Shown here in pieces: positions 11,351 to 20,613 of a stretch of 64,000 nt of DNA. Origin of the DNA: Candidatus Latescibacterota bacterium (GTDB lineage Bacteria; Latescibacterota; UBA2968; UBA8231). The position numbers were made by a program, and so were the translations under genes. How positions within the stretch are numbered: position 1 is the first letter of the stretch; the number at the start of each line of letters is the position of its first letter. The notes beneath the pieces were generated by a model. That model had not been told where the DNA came from. It ran no database searches and was given only the letters and a program-made list of their open reading frames with translations. Location: positions 1,376,001-1,440,000 of the forward strand of contig OZ242214.1 of assembly GCA_965206595.1 (NCBI GenBank), in the 5' to 3' direction.

Positions 11351-12118
11351 ATGAGCATGTTCGATCTGAGCGGCAAGGTAGCCATCGTCACCGGCGGCAA
11401 CAGCGGCATCGGCCTCGGGTTCGCCCGCGGCCTGTCCGGAGCCGGTGCCACGGTAGCGATCGCGGCGCGCAACGAGGAGCGGAACGCGGCCGCGGTGGCC
11501 GAGCTGGAGCAAGCGGGAGGGCGGGCGCTCGCCGTCCGCTGCGACGTCTCCTCCGAAGGGGAGGTCGAGGAGATGACGCGCAAGGTCGTCGAGGAGGCCG
11601 GCGGCATCGACATCCTCGTCAACAACGCCGGCACCAACGTCCGCAAGCAGCCGGAGGACCTGAGCTACCAGGAGTGGAAGCTGGTGCTGGAGACCAACCT
11701 CGACAGCGCCTTCCTGTGCAGCAAGGCCTGTTTCCCGGCGATGAAGCGGGCGGCGGCAGGAAAGATCCTCAACAACGGCTCCATGCTGTCGATCTTCGGG
11801 GCCCCCTGGGGGTCGCCCTACGCCTCCTCCAAGGGGGGGATGGTGCAGCTGACCAAGTCCCTGGCGACCGCCTGGGCGCAGTACAACATCCAGGTCAACT
11901 GCTTTCTCCCCGGTTTCATCGACACGCCCCTGACCCGGAGCGCCCGCGCCCAGATCGAGGGTCTGAGTGAAAAGGTGCTGGCCCGCTGTCCCGCCGGGCG
12001 CTGGGGGAGTCCCGACGACTTCCACGGCCTCGCGGTGTTCCTGTCGAGCCCGGCATCCGACTACATCACCGGCACGGCGATCCCGGTCGACGGCGGGTTC
12101 TCGGTCAACATGTTGTAG
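11351..12118 (+). CDS. Classical SDR oxidoreductase (KduD/gluconate 5-dehydrogenase-like)
   Basis: TGGNSGIG, NNAG, YASSK, VDGG. Confidence 0.88.
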   Translation: MSMFDLSGKVAIVTGGNSGIGLGFARGLSGAGATVAIAARNEERNAAAVAELEQAGGRALAVRCDVSSEGEVEEMTRKVVEEAGGIDILVNNAGTNVRKQPEDLSYQEWKLVLETNLDSAFLCSKACFPAMKRAAAGKILNNGSMLSIFGAPWGSPYASSKGGMVQLTKSLATAWAQYNIQVNCFLPGFIDTPLTRSARAQIEGLSEKVLARCPAGRWGSPDDFHGLAVFLSSPASDYITGTAIPVDGGFSVNML

Positions 12119-12278
12119 CCGCCGGAGGGGAGGATTCCGTGTTCCATCCGGGTTGGACCGGTGCCGGTTGCCAGACCTTCCCTCGAACAGCGGCCATGGA
12201 CCCGGGCAGGGGATCGCAGGCCCGGTGCTCCCGCAGACAGTTCGCTTCCACGGCGCAGTCCACTGAAAGTCCGCAAGC

Positions 12279-13238
12279 ATGGCAACACTGATAACCGGCG
12301 GCACCGGATTCATCGCCGCCGAGATAGCGCGCCTCCTCGTATCCCGGGGGGAAACGGACCTCACCGTTTTCGACATCGACGACTCGACCCATCGCCTCGA
12401 TGAAATCGCCGGCAAGGTCAAGAGGATTCGCGGCGACGTCGGCAACTTCAGCCACGTCCTCGACGCGGTTCGCGACAGCTCTCCCGAGGTCATCTACCAC
12501 CTCGCGGGGATGCTGTCCCTCGGCTGCGAGGCGGACCCCCACTCCTCGATACGGGTCAACGCCCTCGGGACCTACCACGTTCTCGAGGCGGCGCGCCTGT
12601 TCGGGGTCGAGAAGGTGATTTTCTCCAGCAGCATCGGCACCTACGGAAGCGGCATTACGACCGCTGCCATGGACGATCTCACCCTGCAGCGGCCGGTGCT
12701 GCTGAACGGGGCCTGCAAGCTCTTCGGCGAGCACCTCGGGCTCTTTTACCGGCGCAAGTACGGCCTCGACTACCGCGGCCTGCGCTATCCCCCCGTGGCC
12801 GGTCCCGGCGTCAGGACGCTCGGCGTGACCCAGTACGTCTCCTGGGCGATCGAGGAGAGCGCCATGGGGAATCCCTTCGCCATCTGGGTGCGGCCCGATA
12901 CCAGGGCTACGGTGCTCTATTTCAAGGATGTCGCGCGCGCCACGGTGGAGCTTGCGCAGGCGCCTGCAGACGGCCTGCAGATGATCAATTACCTGCTGAG
13001 CGGGCCGATGCCGACCGCCGGCGAGGTGGCCGCCATGGTGCGCGAGCGGGTGCCCGGGGCGCGGATCGAGTTTGCCGTCGACGCGGAGCGGCAGGCCCTG
13101 ATCGAGCACGCGGGCAGGCCGATCGACGACCGCTGCGCGCGCCAAGAGTGGGGGTGGAAACCGGCCTACGGCCTGCCGGAGATGGTCGACGACTTCCTGC
13201 GCGAGCTGCGCCAGAACCCCCACCGCTACGGCTATTGA
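12279..13238 (+). CDS. NAD-dependent epimerase/dehydratase (extended SDR, threonine dehydrogenase-like)
   Basis: ITGGTGFIA, YHLA, SSSIGTYG; the catalytic YxxxK appears as NGACK. Confidence 0.82.
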   Translation: MATLITGGTGFIAAEIARLLVSRGETDLTVFDIDDSTHRLDEIAGKVKRIRGDVGNFSHVLDAVRDSSPEVIYHLAGMLSLGCEADPHSSIRVNALGTYHVLEAARLFGVEKVIFSSSIGTYGSGITTAAMDDLTLQRPVLLNGACKLFGEHLGLFYRRKYGLDYRGLRYPPVAGPGVRTLGVTQYVSWAIEESAMGNPFAIWVRPDTRATVLYFKDVARATVELAQAPADGLQMINYLLSGPMPTAGEVAAMVRERVPGARIEFAVDAERQALIEHAGRPIDDRCARQEWGWKPAYGLPEMVDDFLRELRQNPHRYGY

Positions 13239-13320
13239 GGCCGGAGCTCACCCACTCTTCCGGCCGGCATCCGGCACCCGAGCCGGGCGGCGGCCGGTCG
13301 ACAACGCGGAGCCGGAAACC

Positions 13321-14715
13321 ATGAGCGCAGAGATCTGTTTTGCCGACGCCACCGAGTTGGCCGCGAGGATTCGCAGCAAGGAGCTCTCTCCCGTGGAGGT
13401 CACGTCCTCCTTCCTCGACCGGATCCAAGCGGTCGATCCCGGGGTTCACGCGCTGGTGACCCTGGCCGACGGCGCCCTCGAGCAGGCGCGGGAGGCGGAA
13501 CAGGCGGCGGTCCGCGGCGACTTCCGCGGCCCCCTGCACGGGGTGCCGTTCACCGCCAAGGACTGCTTCGACACCGCGGGGGTGAGAACGACGCGGGGTT
13601 CGCTGATTTTCGCCGGCCTGGTGCCGGATACGGATGCCGCCGCGGTCGGCCGGCTCAAGGCCGCCGGGGGCATCCTTCTCGGCAAGACCAACCTGCCGGA
13701 GTTCGCGCTGCGGGCAGAGACCGCCAACCGCCTGTTCGAGCGCACCCTCCACCCCGGCGACCCGGAGCGCACCTGCGGGGGGTCGAGCGGTGGGGAGGCC
13801 GCGGCGATTTCCTCGGGTCTCTCCCCCCTCGGGATCGGCACCGATCTCGGAGGTTCCAACCGGCTGCCCTCCCATTACTGCGGCATCGTGGGATTCAAGC
13901 CGACCCACGGCTGCATCCCCCTGACCGGATCGTGGCCGGAGCTGACCTGCCGCCACATGCACGTTGGGCCGCTCTGCCGCAGCGTTCGCGACGCCGCCCT
14001 GGGGCTGTCGGTCATGTCCGGTCCCGACGGGGAGGACCCCTACGCCACGCCGGAACCGTTCCGCCAGGCCGGGGAAGTCAAAGGCGAGATCGCCGGCCTG
14101 CGGGTCGGCGTGTTCATCGAAGGGCCGTTTGCGCCGGTGAAGAAGGAGATTCGCGACGCCGTGTCGCGGGCGGCATCGGTCCTGGAAGAGGGGGGATGCG
14201 CCGTCGAGGAGGTCGATTTCGACTGGTCGGACAGGCTGCCGATCGACGTCTGCATGGCCATGGTCAGGGCCGAGCTCGGGCGTTACCTCGAACCCTTCAT
14301 CCGCGGCCGCGAGGAGGAGCTGAGCGAGCCGATTCGAGGTCTGCTCGACATGCCGCTGCCGTCCCTCGAGGAATTCCTCGACTCGCTGGTCAAGCGCGAC
14401 CTGCTGGCGCGGGACATGGCGGGCTTCTTCGCCTCCCACGACATGTTGCTCTGCCCCACGGCACCTGTAACCGCCCACGGACACGAAGCGGAGACGCTGC
14501 TCATCGACGGCGTGGAAGCCGGTCCGGGTCACGCGGCCAACATCACCGCGGCGTTCGGCCTCGTCGGCTGCCCGGCCATGTCGGTGCCGTTCGCCAGGAG
14601 CGGGGAAGGGCTGCCGATCGGCGTGCAGGTGGTGGCGCGGCATTTCGACGAGGCGACCCTGTTCCGGGCGGCGTCCGCCCTGGAGTCCGCCGGCGGGCAG
14701 GGTGGCAGGGCCTGA
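13321..14715 (+). CDS. Amidase signature family protein
   Basis: GPLHGVPFTAKD, GGSSGGEAAA, GTDLGGSNR.PS. Confidence 0.92.
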   Translation: MSAEICFADATELAARIRSKELSPVEVTSSFLDRIQAVDPGVHALVTLADGALEQAREAEQAAVRGDFRGPLHGVPFTAKDCFDTAGVRTTRGSLIFAGLVPDTDAAAVGRLKAAGGILLGKTNLPEFALRAETANRLFERTLHPGDPERTCGGSSGGEAAAISSGLSPLGIGTDLGGSNRLPSHYCGIVGFKPTHGCIPLTGSWPELTCRHMHVGPLCRSVRDAALGLSVMSGPDGEDPYATPEPFRQAGEVKGEIAGLRVGVFIEGPFAPVKKEIRDAVSRAASVLEEGGCAVEEVDFDWSDRLPIDVCMAMVRAELGRYLEPFIRGREEELSEPIRGLLDMPLPSLEEFLDSLVKRDLLARDMAGFFASHDMLLCPTAPVTAHGHEAETLLIDGVEAGPGHAANITAAFGLVGCPAMSVPFARSGEGLPIGVQVVARHFDEATLFRAASALESAGGQGGRA

Positions 14716-14757
14716 CCGGTCCGGGGGATATCAGGGATTCGGCCGCCTGCCCGCCCC

Positions 14758-15531
14758 TCACCCCTTCGGCACCACCAGGGCGCGGTCGCCGTAGGGAATC
14801 GAGTCCATCCCGGTGTCGTAGATGCGTTCGAGGAAGTCGCGGTCCCACGGCCGTTCTGCAGCGGGAAGCCGCTCGACCTTGCCCTCCTTGAGGAAGATGA
14901 AGTGGTCCCCGTAGAGGAAGGCGCTGTTCGGGTCGTGGAGGACAGCGAGGACGGTGAGGTCGGCGTCGACCAACTCGCGGATCAGGCGCAGCAGGTGGGC
15001 CTGGTTGAGGAAGTCGAGGTGGGAGGTCGGCTCGTCGAGAAGGATGAGGCGGGGCTGCTGGGCGAGGACGCGGGCGATGCGGACCATCTGCTGCTCCCCT
15101 CCGGACAGCTCGGTGTAGGTGCGCTCTCTCAGGTGGAGGATGCCGACCCGCCGCAGGGACTCGACGGCGATCTCCAGGTCCTCCCGCTTCGGCGCGTAGG
15201 AGACGTAGCTGGCGCGCCCGGTGAGCACCACGTCCTCGACGGCGAAGGGGAAGACCGGGCGGTGGTGCTGCGGCAGGTACCCGAGGACCTTGGCCCGCCC
15301 CCGGGTGGAGAAGGAGCCCAGCTCCTCCCCCATGATGCGCACCTCGCCGCGCTGGAATTCGAGCAGGCCCCCCAGAATGCGCATGAGGGTCGACTTGCCG
15401 CTGCCGTTCTTGCCGAGCAGGACGGTGAACTGCCCCTCGGGAATCTCCAGGGAGATCTCGTCGAGAATCGGCCTCCCCTCGTAGGCGAAGGAGAGCCTGT
15501 CGACCGCTATCGCCGGGGCTAATCCTCCCAT
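14758..15531 (-). CDS. ABC transporter ATP-binding protein (FecE/BtuD-like)
   Basis: GKNGSGKST, LSGGEQQ, LLDEPTSHLD; start taken at ATG 15531, overlapping the permease stop. Confidence 0.9.
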   Translation of the reverse strand: MGGLAPAIAVDRLSFAYEGRPILDEISLEIPEGQFTVLLGKNGSGKSTLMRILGGLLEFQRGEVRIMGEELGSFSTRGRAKVLGYLPQHHRPVFPFAVEDVVLTGRASYVSYAPKREDLEIAVESLRRVGILHLRERTYTELSGGEQQMVRIARVLAQQPRLILLDEPTSHLDFLNQAHLLRLIRELVDADLTVLAVLHDPNSAFLYGDHFIFLKEGKVERLPAAERPWDRDFLERIYDTGMDSIPYGDRALVVPKG

Positions 15532-16556
15532 CCGATTCGCGCCTTCTTGAGCAGGAAGATGAAGAACGGCCCCCCGAGCAGGGTGGTGAAGACCCCGACC
15601 GGGATCTCGAAGGAGGCCAGCGTGCGCGAGCAGGTGTCGACCAGCAGCAGGAAGGTTCCGCCGAAAGCGAAGGAGGCCGGCAGGGTGTGGCGGTTGTCCG
15701 GCCCCAGGAGCATGCGCACCATGTGTGGCACCGCCAGGCCGATCATGCCGATGACGCCGGCCACGGCGATCGCCGCGGAGGCGGCCAGGGTCGCCGGCAC
15801 CAGGATCAGCACCCGTTCCCGCTCCGGGTTCAGCCCGACTGCCCGGGTCTCCTCGTCCCCCTGGGCGAGTACGTTCATGCGCCAACGGAACAGGAACAGC
15901 CAGACGACGCCGATCCCAATCCCCGGGGCCGCGGAGCGCAGCTTGGCCCAGCTCGAGTTGTGCAGGTTGCCCATGGTCCAGTGGACGATGGTCTGCAGCT
16001 TGTACGGGTCGGTGAGGAACTGGACGATGGTCAGCAGGGCGGTGAAGATGCCGGTGACGATCACCCCCGAGAGGATGAGGGAGACCACCGACACGGTCTT
16101 GCGGGTGCGCGCCAGGAAGTAGGCGAGGCCGACGGCGAGCAGGGCGAACCCGAAGGCGGTCGGCTGCACCGGCAGAAGCGGCAGCGTCAGGGCGAGGGCG
16201 GCGCCGAAGGCGGCCCCGGAGGAGAGGCCGAGTATGTAGGGGGCGACGAGGGGATTGCGAAACAGCGCCTGCAGGGCGTTGCCGGCCGCGGCCAGGGCGC
16301 CCCCCACGAGGAAGGTGAGAAGGATGCGAGGCAGCCGCACCTCCCAGACGATGGTGCCGACCAGGGCCTCTTCCGGGCCGCCGGCCCCCTCGCGGAAGAG
16401 CAGGCCGTAGAACCAGGACAGGATCTTGCCCGCCTCGGCGCTCGCGGACGGTCCCAGCAGCAGGGAGCCGAAGAGCACGGGAAGCGGAAAGAGGTAGATG
16501 ACGCGGCGGCGCAGGGCGGTGTTCATCGACCGAGGACCGAGGTCGGGTGGGTTCAT
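15519..16556 (-). CDS. FecCD/BtuC-family ABC permease
   Basis: RLPRIL, LFRNPL, LGLSSGAAFG, EIPVGVFT; alternative start at 16526. Confidence 0.92.
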   Translation of the reverse strand: MNPPDLGPRSMNTALRRRVIYLFPLPVLFGSLLLGPSASAEAGKILSWFYGLLFREGAGGPEEALVGTIVWEVRLPRILLTFLVGGALAAAGNALQALFRNPLVAPYILGLSSGAAFGAALALTLPLLPVQPTAFGFALLAVGLAYFLARTRKTVSVVSLILSGVIVTGIFTALLTIVQFLTDPYKLQTIVHWTMGNLHNSSWAKLRSAAPGIGIGVVWLFLFRWRMNVLAQGDEETRAVGLNPERERVLILVPATLAASAAIAVAGVIGMIGLAVPHMVRMLLGPDNRHTLPASFAFGGTFLLLVDTCSRTLASFEIPVGVFTTLLGGPFFIFLLKKARIGWED

Positions 16557-16804
16557 TTCAAGGTTGCTGAAAGGGGTTCAGGGGGACGGGAAAATAGAGC
16601 GGCAACCATCTGCGGGCTAACCCCCTTCACCGGAGAAGGAATGCCACGGTCTTCCGCGGTCTCGGGAGGTCCCCGTGTCCACCTCCGGCTTCCGAAGTTG
16701 TTGCGTTTCCCACAATATGTCCTGATATTGATGTCCTGATATTGGACGGGATAGATGCAATGAAGCCAAATTCATTTTTCAGCAATTCTCAAATGGAGGC
16801 CACT

Positions 16805-17209
16805 ATGAAGTTCGTACTGCTTTCCCTGCTCGCTTGCGTCTTTACGCTGAGCGCCTGCACCGACAGAGACCCTGTTTCTTCCAAAGAACCTGCCGTTGAG
16901 ACGGAGGTGGCCGCCAAGCGCATTAGCAGCGGCTTGACCTTCAGCGCTCCTGTAGCTGGCCTGCCCGAGTCGAAAGGGATGGCTGACGGGATGGCCGATG
17001 ACGACGGGATGGCCGAAGAGGATGACGGCATGGCCGAAGAGGATGACGGCATGGCCGAAGAGGATGACGGCATGGCCGAAGAAGATGACGGCATGGCCGA
17101 AGAAGATGACGGCATGGCCGAAGAAGATGACGGCGACGACGACGAAGGAGAAGATGACGGTGGTGACGATGACGGTGGTGACGACGGCACCGACGACTCC
17201 ACGAGCTAA
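16805..17209 (+). CDS. Lipoprotein with an acidic low-complexity repeat tail
   Basis: GGAGG RBS, MKFVLLSLLACVFTLSAC lipobox, (MAEEDDG)x6, followed by a terminator. Confidence 0.75.
   Translation: MKFVLLSLLACVFTLSACTDRDPVSSKEPAVETEVAAKRISSGLTFSAPVAGLPESKGMADGMADDDGMAEEDDGMAEEDDGMAEEDDGMAEEDDGMAEEDDGMAEEDDGDDDEGEDDGGDDDGGDDGTDDSTS
17009..17134 (+). repeat. 21-bp coding tandem repeat x6
   Basis: ATGGCCGAAGA(G/A)GATGACGGC six times without spacers. Confidence 0.95.
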
Positions 17210-17276
17210 GGCTAGTGTGTAGTTGGATCGGCCATCCTGGTACAGGAGGCCGGTTCCAGGTAAACTGAATGGAATG

Positions 17277-17313
17277 AAGCCCCCGGTGGCCTGTGCCGCC
17301 GGGGGCTTTTTTT
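17277..17313 (+). terminator. Rho-independent terminator
   Basis: AAGCCCCCGGTGGC-CTGT-GCCGCCGGGGGCTT followed by a T tract. Confidence 0.85.
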
Positions 17314-17434
17314 ATGGCCAGAGGGGCAAGGTGGCCCCCAGGATCCCCTTTCTGAAGCGGACTGCGGGTCGACCAATCCCCTTTCAGGAGGATCCGCCTG
17401 AGGTTGTCCGGCCTTGCCGAGACAACCCCGGGCT

Positions 17435-18523
17435 TCAGCTCCGGCCACCGCGGAGCAGCCCCAGGAACCTCCCCTGCTGGGTGGCGAGGGAGTACTCGAC
17501 CTCGACCCGTTCCCTTCCCATCCGGCCCATCCGGGCCCGCAGCTCCTGATCATCGACCAGCTCGAAAAGCCTTTCCTTCCACTGCTCATCCGTGCCCGCG
17601 AGAAATCCGGTGACTCCGTCCACGACGATCTCCCTGTTGATCCCGACGGGACTGGCGACGACGGGCAGCCCGCTCGCCATGTACTGGAGCAGCTTGTAGC
17701 CCCCCTTCCCCAGGGTCCAGGGATCCTCGGTCAGCGGCATGATCCCGATGTCGAACCCGGCCAGTTCGCCGTTTTCCTCGTCCAGCCTCCACTCCTTGGC
17801 CTCCACGGGCAGGCGGGCACAGGACCAGGAGGTCACCCCGACGAGGCGGAGCCTGATTCCCGGGCAGCGCTTTCCGAGCCTTGCCAGGGGCGCGCGCAGA
17901 AGGTCGAGGTACTGTGCGGAGGAGGGGCTTCCCATCCACCCCACGACCACGGTCTCCCCCGTGCGCCGCTCCCGCGAGGGGGGACGGATGGCCTCGGTGT
18001 CCACCGGTCCCGTGATCCTGGTGACCTGGCAGTAGCGGACGGCGTAGGCGCCGGTGTAGTCGTTCTCGACGACCGCCCCCTCCGCCAGCCGCAGCATCGC
18101 CGGCAGGCCGCGGCTGTTCCTGCGCTCCTTCCAGGCCGCGGTCCAGTGCCGGCCGCGGATCTCGGTGGTGAAGACGGCGTCGTCGAAATCGAACAGCACC
18201 CGGGGCCGCCGCAGCCGGAACAAAACCCGCACAGGCCAGGGGAAGATGACTTTCTGCACGAACAGCAGGTCGCAGTCGAGACTCGATAGCCAGGCTCGCA
18301 ACCCGCACAGCAGGGAGCGCCACCAGGTGCCCATGTAATAGAGGATCTTGCGCCAGGGCCTCTCCGTCGCAAGCAGTCCCGACCCCGCGGTCCCGCCGTC
18401 CGGAACCACGGTTATCACCCGGGTCTCGACGCCGTTGCGGTGCAGGTAGGGGAGGTACTGGAAGACCCGCGTCCGGCTGCTCGCCGACGAAGCGCCGTAC
18501 TGGGTGACGAAGAGGACCCGCAT
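17435..18523 (-). CDS. Glycosyltransferase family 4 protein
   Basis: ASSRTR, FDFDDA, DIGIMP, KGGYKLLQYMASGLPVVASPVG. Confidence 0.9.
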   Translation of the reverse strand: MRVLFVTQYGASSASSRTRVFQYLPYLHRNGVETRVITVVPDGGTAGSGLLATERPWRKILYYMGTWWRSLLCGLRAWLSSLDCDLLFVQKVIFPWPVRVLFRLRRPRVLFDFDDAVFTTEIRGRHWTAAWKERRNSRGLPAMLRLAEGAVVENDYTGAYAVRYCQVTRITGPVDTEAIRPPSRERRTGETVVVGWMGSPSSAQYLDLLRAPLARLGKRCPGIRLRLVGVTSWSCARLPVEAKEWRLDEENGELAGFDIGIMPLTEDPWTLGKGGYKLLQYMASGLPVVASPVGINREIVVDGVTGFLAGTDEQWKERLFELVDDQELRARMGRMGRERVEVEYSLATQQGRFLGLLRGGRS

Positions 18524-18813
18524 GGACCAGACCTTGCGTATCGGGGATGACCTCCTCCGTCGAGGTGCGCAGGTTTCGAGCGCGCGAGGGAGGCCGCGAA
18601 ACCTGCGCTGCCCCGGGAGGCGGGAGGCCCCCGGAAGTCTACCAATTATCCGCGCCGGATGAACAGGGCGGGAATTCGACGGGCGCGCGGTGGCCTGTCC
18701 GGGGCCTCCGCAACCGCGGCGGAACGGCCGGAAATTTCCCTTGATCCGGCAACCTGCCGGGCCGTTTTTAGCACGTCATCCGCAGCTGCACAAAGCCAAA
18801 AGGGAGGGGAGAG

Positions 18814-20181
18814 ATGACCACCGAGTTGAGTTCCCTCAGTGTCATTTTCACCGAGTTCTACTACTGGATTACGGTCGTGCTCATGTTCTTCATCCACGTG
18901 GGCTTCTGCATGTACGAAGTCGGGGTCTCACGGCATAAGAACCACATACATACCCTGATGAAGAACACGATGCTGATACCGCTGGTCACCATCACGTTCT
19001 TCTTTTTCGGCTGGTGGATCTATTTCGCCTTCCCCAACGGACCCGGCTTTACCGGGGGCCTCGTCGAGGCGCCTCACGCAGTAGCCTGGAGCCAGCTCAT
19101 GGGCCCCCACATGGGGGGCGCCGGCGACCCTGACGGTTGGGCGCGCCTCAACGGCGTCTTCTGGGCGGCCTTTCTCCTGTTCTCGTGGACGGCCGCCTCC
19201 ATCGTCTCGGGTTCGGTCATCGAACGCATCCGCTCCTCGGCCTTCTGGATCCTGGCGATCCTGATCGGATCGGTGTTCTGGGTCATCGACGCGGCCTGGG
19301 GCTGGCACGCCGAAGGCTGGATGGTGCAGCTGCTCGGTTATCACGACGCCTATGCCTCCGGGGTGATCCACGCCATTGCCGGCGGCTTCGCTCTCGGGGT
19401 CCTGGTGGTGCTCGGTCCGCGCATCGGCAAGTTCGCCCCCGACGGCACCCCGAGGAGCCTGAATCCCCGCAACCCCTGGCTGGTGACCATCGGACTGTTC
19501 CTGATCTACACTGGCTTCTGGGGGTTCTACGTGGCCTGCAACGTTCCGATGTGGGACGTGCAGAGCGGCGACGGAACTTTCTACTCCGCCACCAACATCT
19601 ACCTCGCTCCCACGACCTTGTCGGCGATCACCGTGAACTTCCTCATGGCCCTGTCCGGAGGACTTCTCGCGGGTTACGTCATCTCCCGGGGGGACGCCTA
19701 CTGGACCTATTCCTCCGGCCTCGCCGGGATCATCGCCGCCTCGGCAGGCAACGACCTGTACCATCCGATCCAGGCGATGATCATCGCCGCCCTCGGCGTC
19801 CTGTTCATGTACAAGATGCACTACTGGGTCGAAAGGCGGTTCAAGGTCGACGACGCGGTGGGCGCGGTGGCAGTCCACGGCTACGCCGGTTTTTTCGGCG
19901 TCGTCATCTGCGGATTCGTGCTCTGGGGCTATCCCTCTTCCCCCAACGGGGACTACGCGTCCATCAATCCGTTGGGTCAGATCGCCGGCGCCGTGATCAT
20001 GTTCGCGGTGTTGGGCTTCATCCCGGGGTGGATCGCCGCCAGGATCATCAACGCCCTGGGCGGGCTCCGCATTCCGCGGGAAGTCGAGCTGGCAGGCCTC
20101 GACTTCAGCACCGCCCACGACCGCGCGCAGGAGGAGCAGGGCATCATCCACGCCGAGCGCGAGGAGCTCGGCAGGGTCTGA
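18814..20181 (+). CDS. Ammonium transporter (Amt) family protein, atypical subtype
   Basis: ~11 TM segments; SGSVIER, D-x7-H, GPRIGKF, DDAVGAVAVHG. Confidence 0.88.
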   Translation: MTTELSSLSVIFTEFYYWITVVLMFFIHVGFCMYEVGVSRHKNHIHTLMKNTMLIPLVTITFFFFGWWIYFAFPNGPGFTGGLVEAPHAVAWSQLMGPHMGGAGDPDGWARLNGVFWAAFLLFSWTAASIVSGSVIERIRSSAFWILAILIGSVFWVIDAAWGWHAEGWMVQLLGYHDAYASGVIHAIAGGFALGVLVVLGPRIGKFAPDGTPRSLNPRNPWLVTIGLFLIYTGFWGFYVACNVPMWDVQSGDGTFYSATNIYLAPTTLSAITVNFLMALSGGLLAGYVISRGDAYWTYSSGLAGIIAASAGNDLYHPIQAMIIAALGVLFMYKMHYWVERRFKVDDAVGAVAVHGYAGFFGVVICGFVLWGYPSSPNGDYASINPLGQIAGAVIMFAVLGFIPGWIAARIINALGGLRIPREVELAGLDFSTAHDRAQEEQGIIHAEREELGRV

Positions 20182-20249
20182 TTCGCCTGACGTCCCCTCG
20201 AGGGGCGGAGATCGGAACATAGCAGCATACCGGAATACAGGAGAAAGTC

Positions 20250-20483
20250 ATGACTACGGGAAACGTCGAAAGCTGGGGGGGCAACATCTCGGAGATCGGC
20301 CCTATGTACCCCTTCGTCGGTTCGGAGGTTCTGCTGTTCGTTGTCGGAATGGCCCTGTGGGTCGTCTGGCACGTCCTGCAGATCCGCACCGAGACGAGGA
20401 GCTACGAGGACGAGATACAGCGTTTCGGCGACAAGGAGACGCTGCAGAAGATCCTAGATGCCGAGGATCCGTACGCTCCCTAA
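20250..20483 (+). CDS. Small single-TM hypothetical protein downstream of amt
   Basis: AGGAGA RBS; GPMYPFVGSE followed by a hydrophobic helix; coding-like codon usage. Confidence 0.75.
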   Translation: MTTGNVESWGGNISEIGPMYPFVGSEVLLFVVGMALWVVWHVLQIRTETRSYEDEIQRFGDKETLQKILDAEDPYAP

Positions 20484-20613
20484 GAGACGGAGGAACAACA
20501 ACCGACCAGCAGCAGCGCAGCCCGAAACCGGGAGGCCCTGAGCCTCATCCCATCGGCATAGGCCCCTTCGTGCGTGAGCACGTGCCCGTGTGGGGGGGGC
20601 CTTCCCCTCCGGC

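Noticed and set aside
17009-17134. Regular repeats suggesting a CRISPR array
   Set aside because: No spacers, the 21-bp unit is in frame within a CDS, and there are no cas genes in the window
18768-18785. Sigma-54-like promoter before amt (TAGCACG-N4-CCGCA)
   Set aside because: Lacks the invariant GG at -24 and TTGC is degenerate
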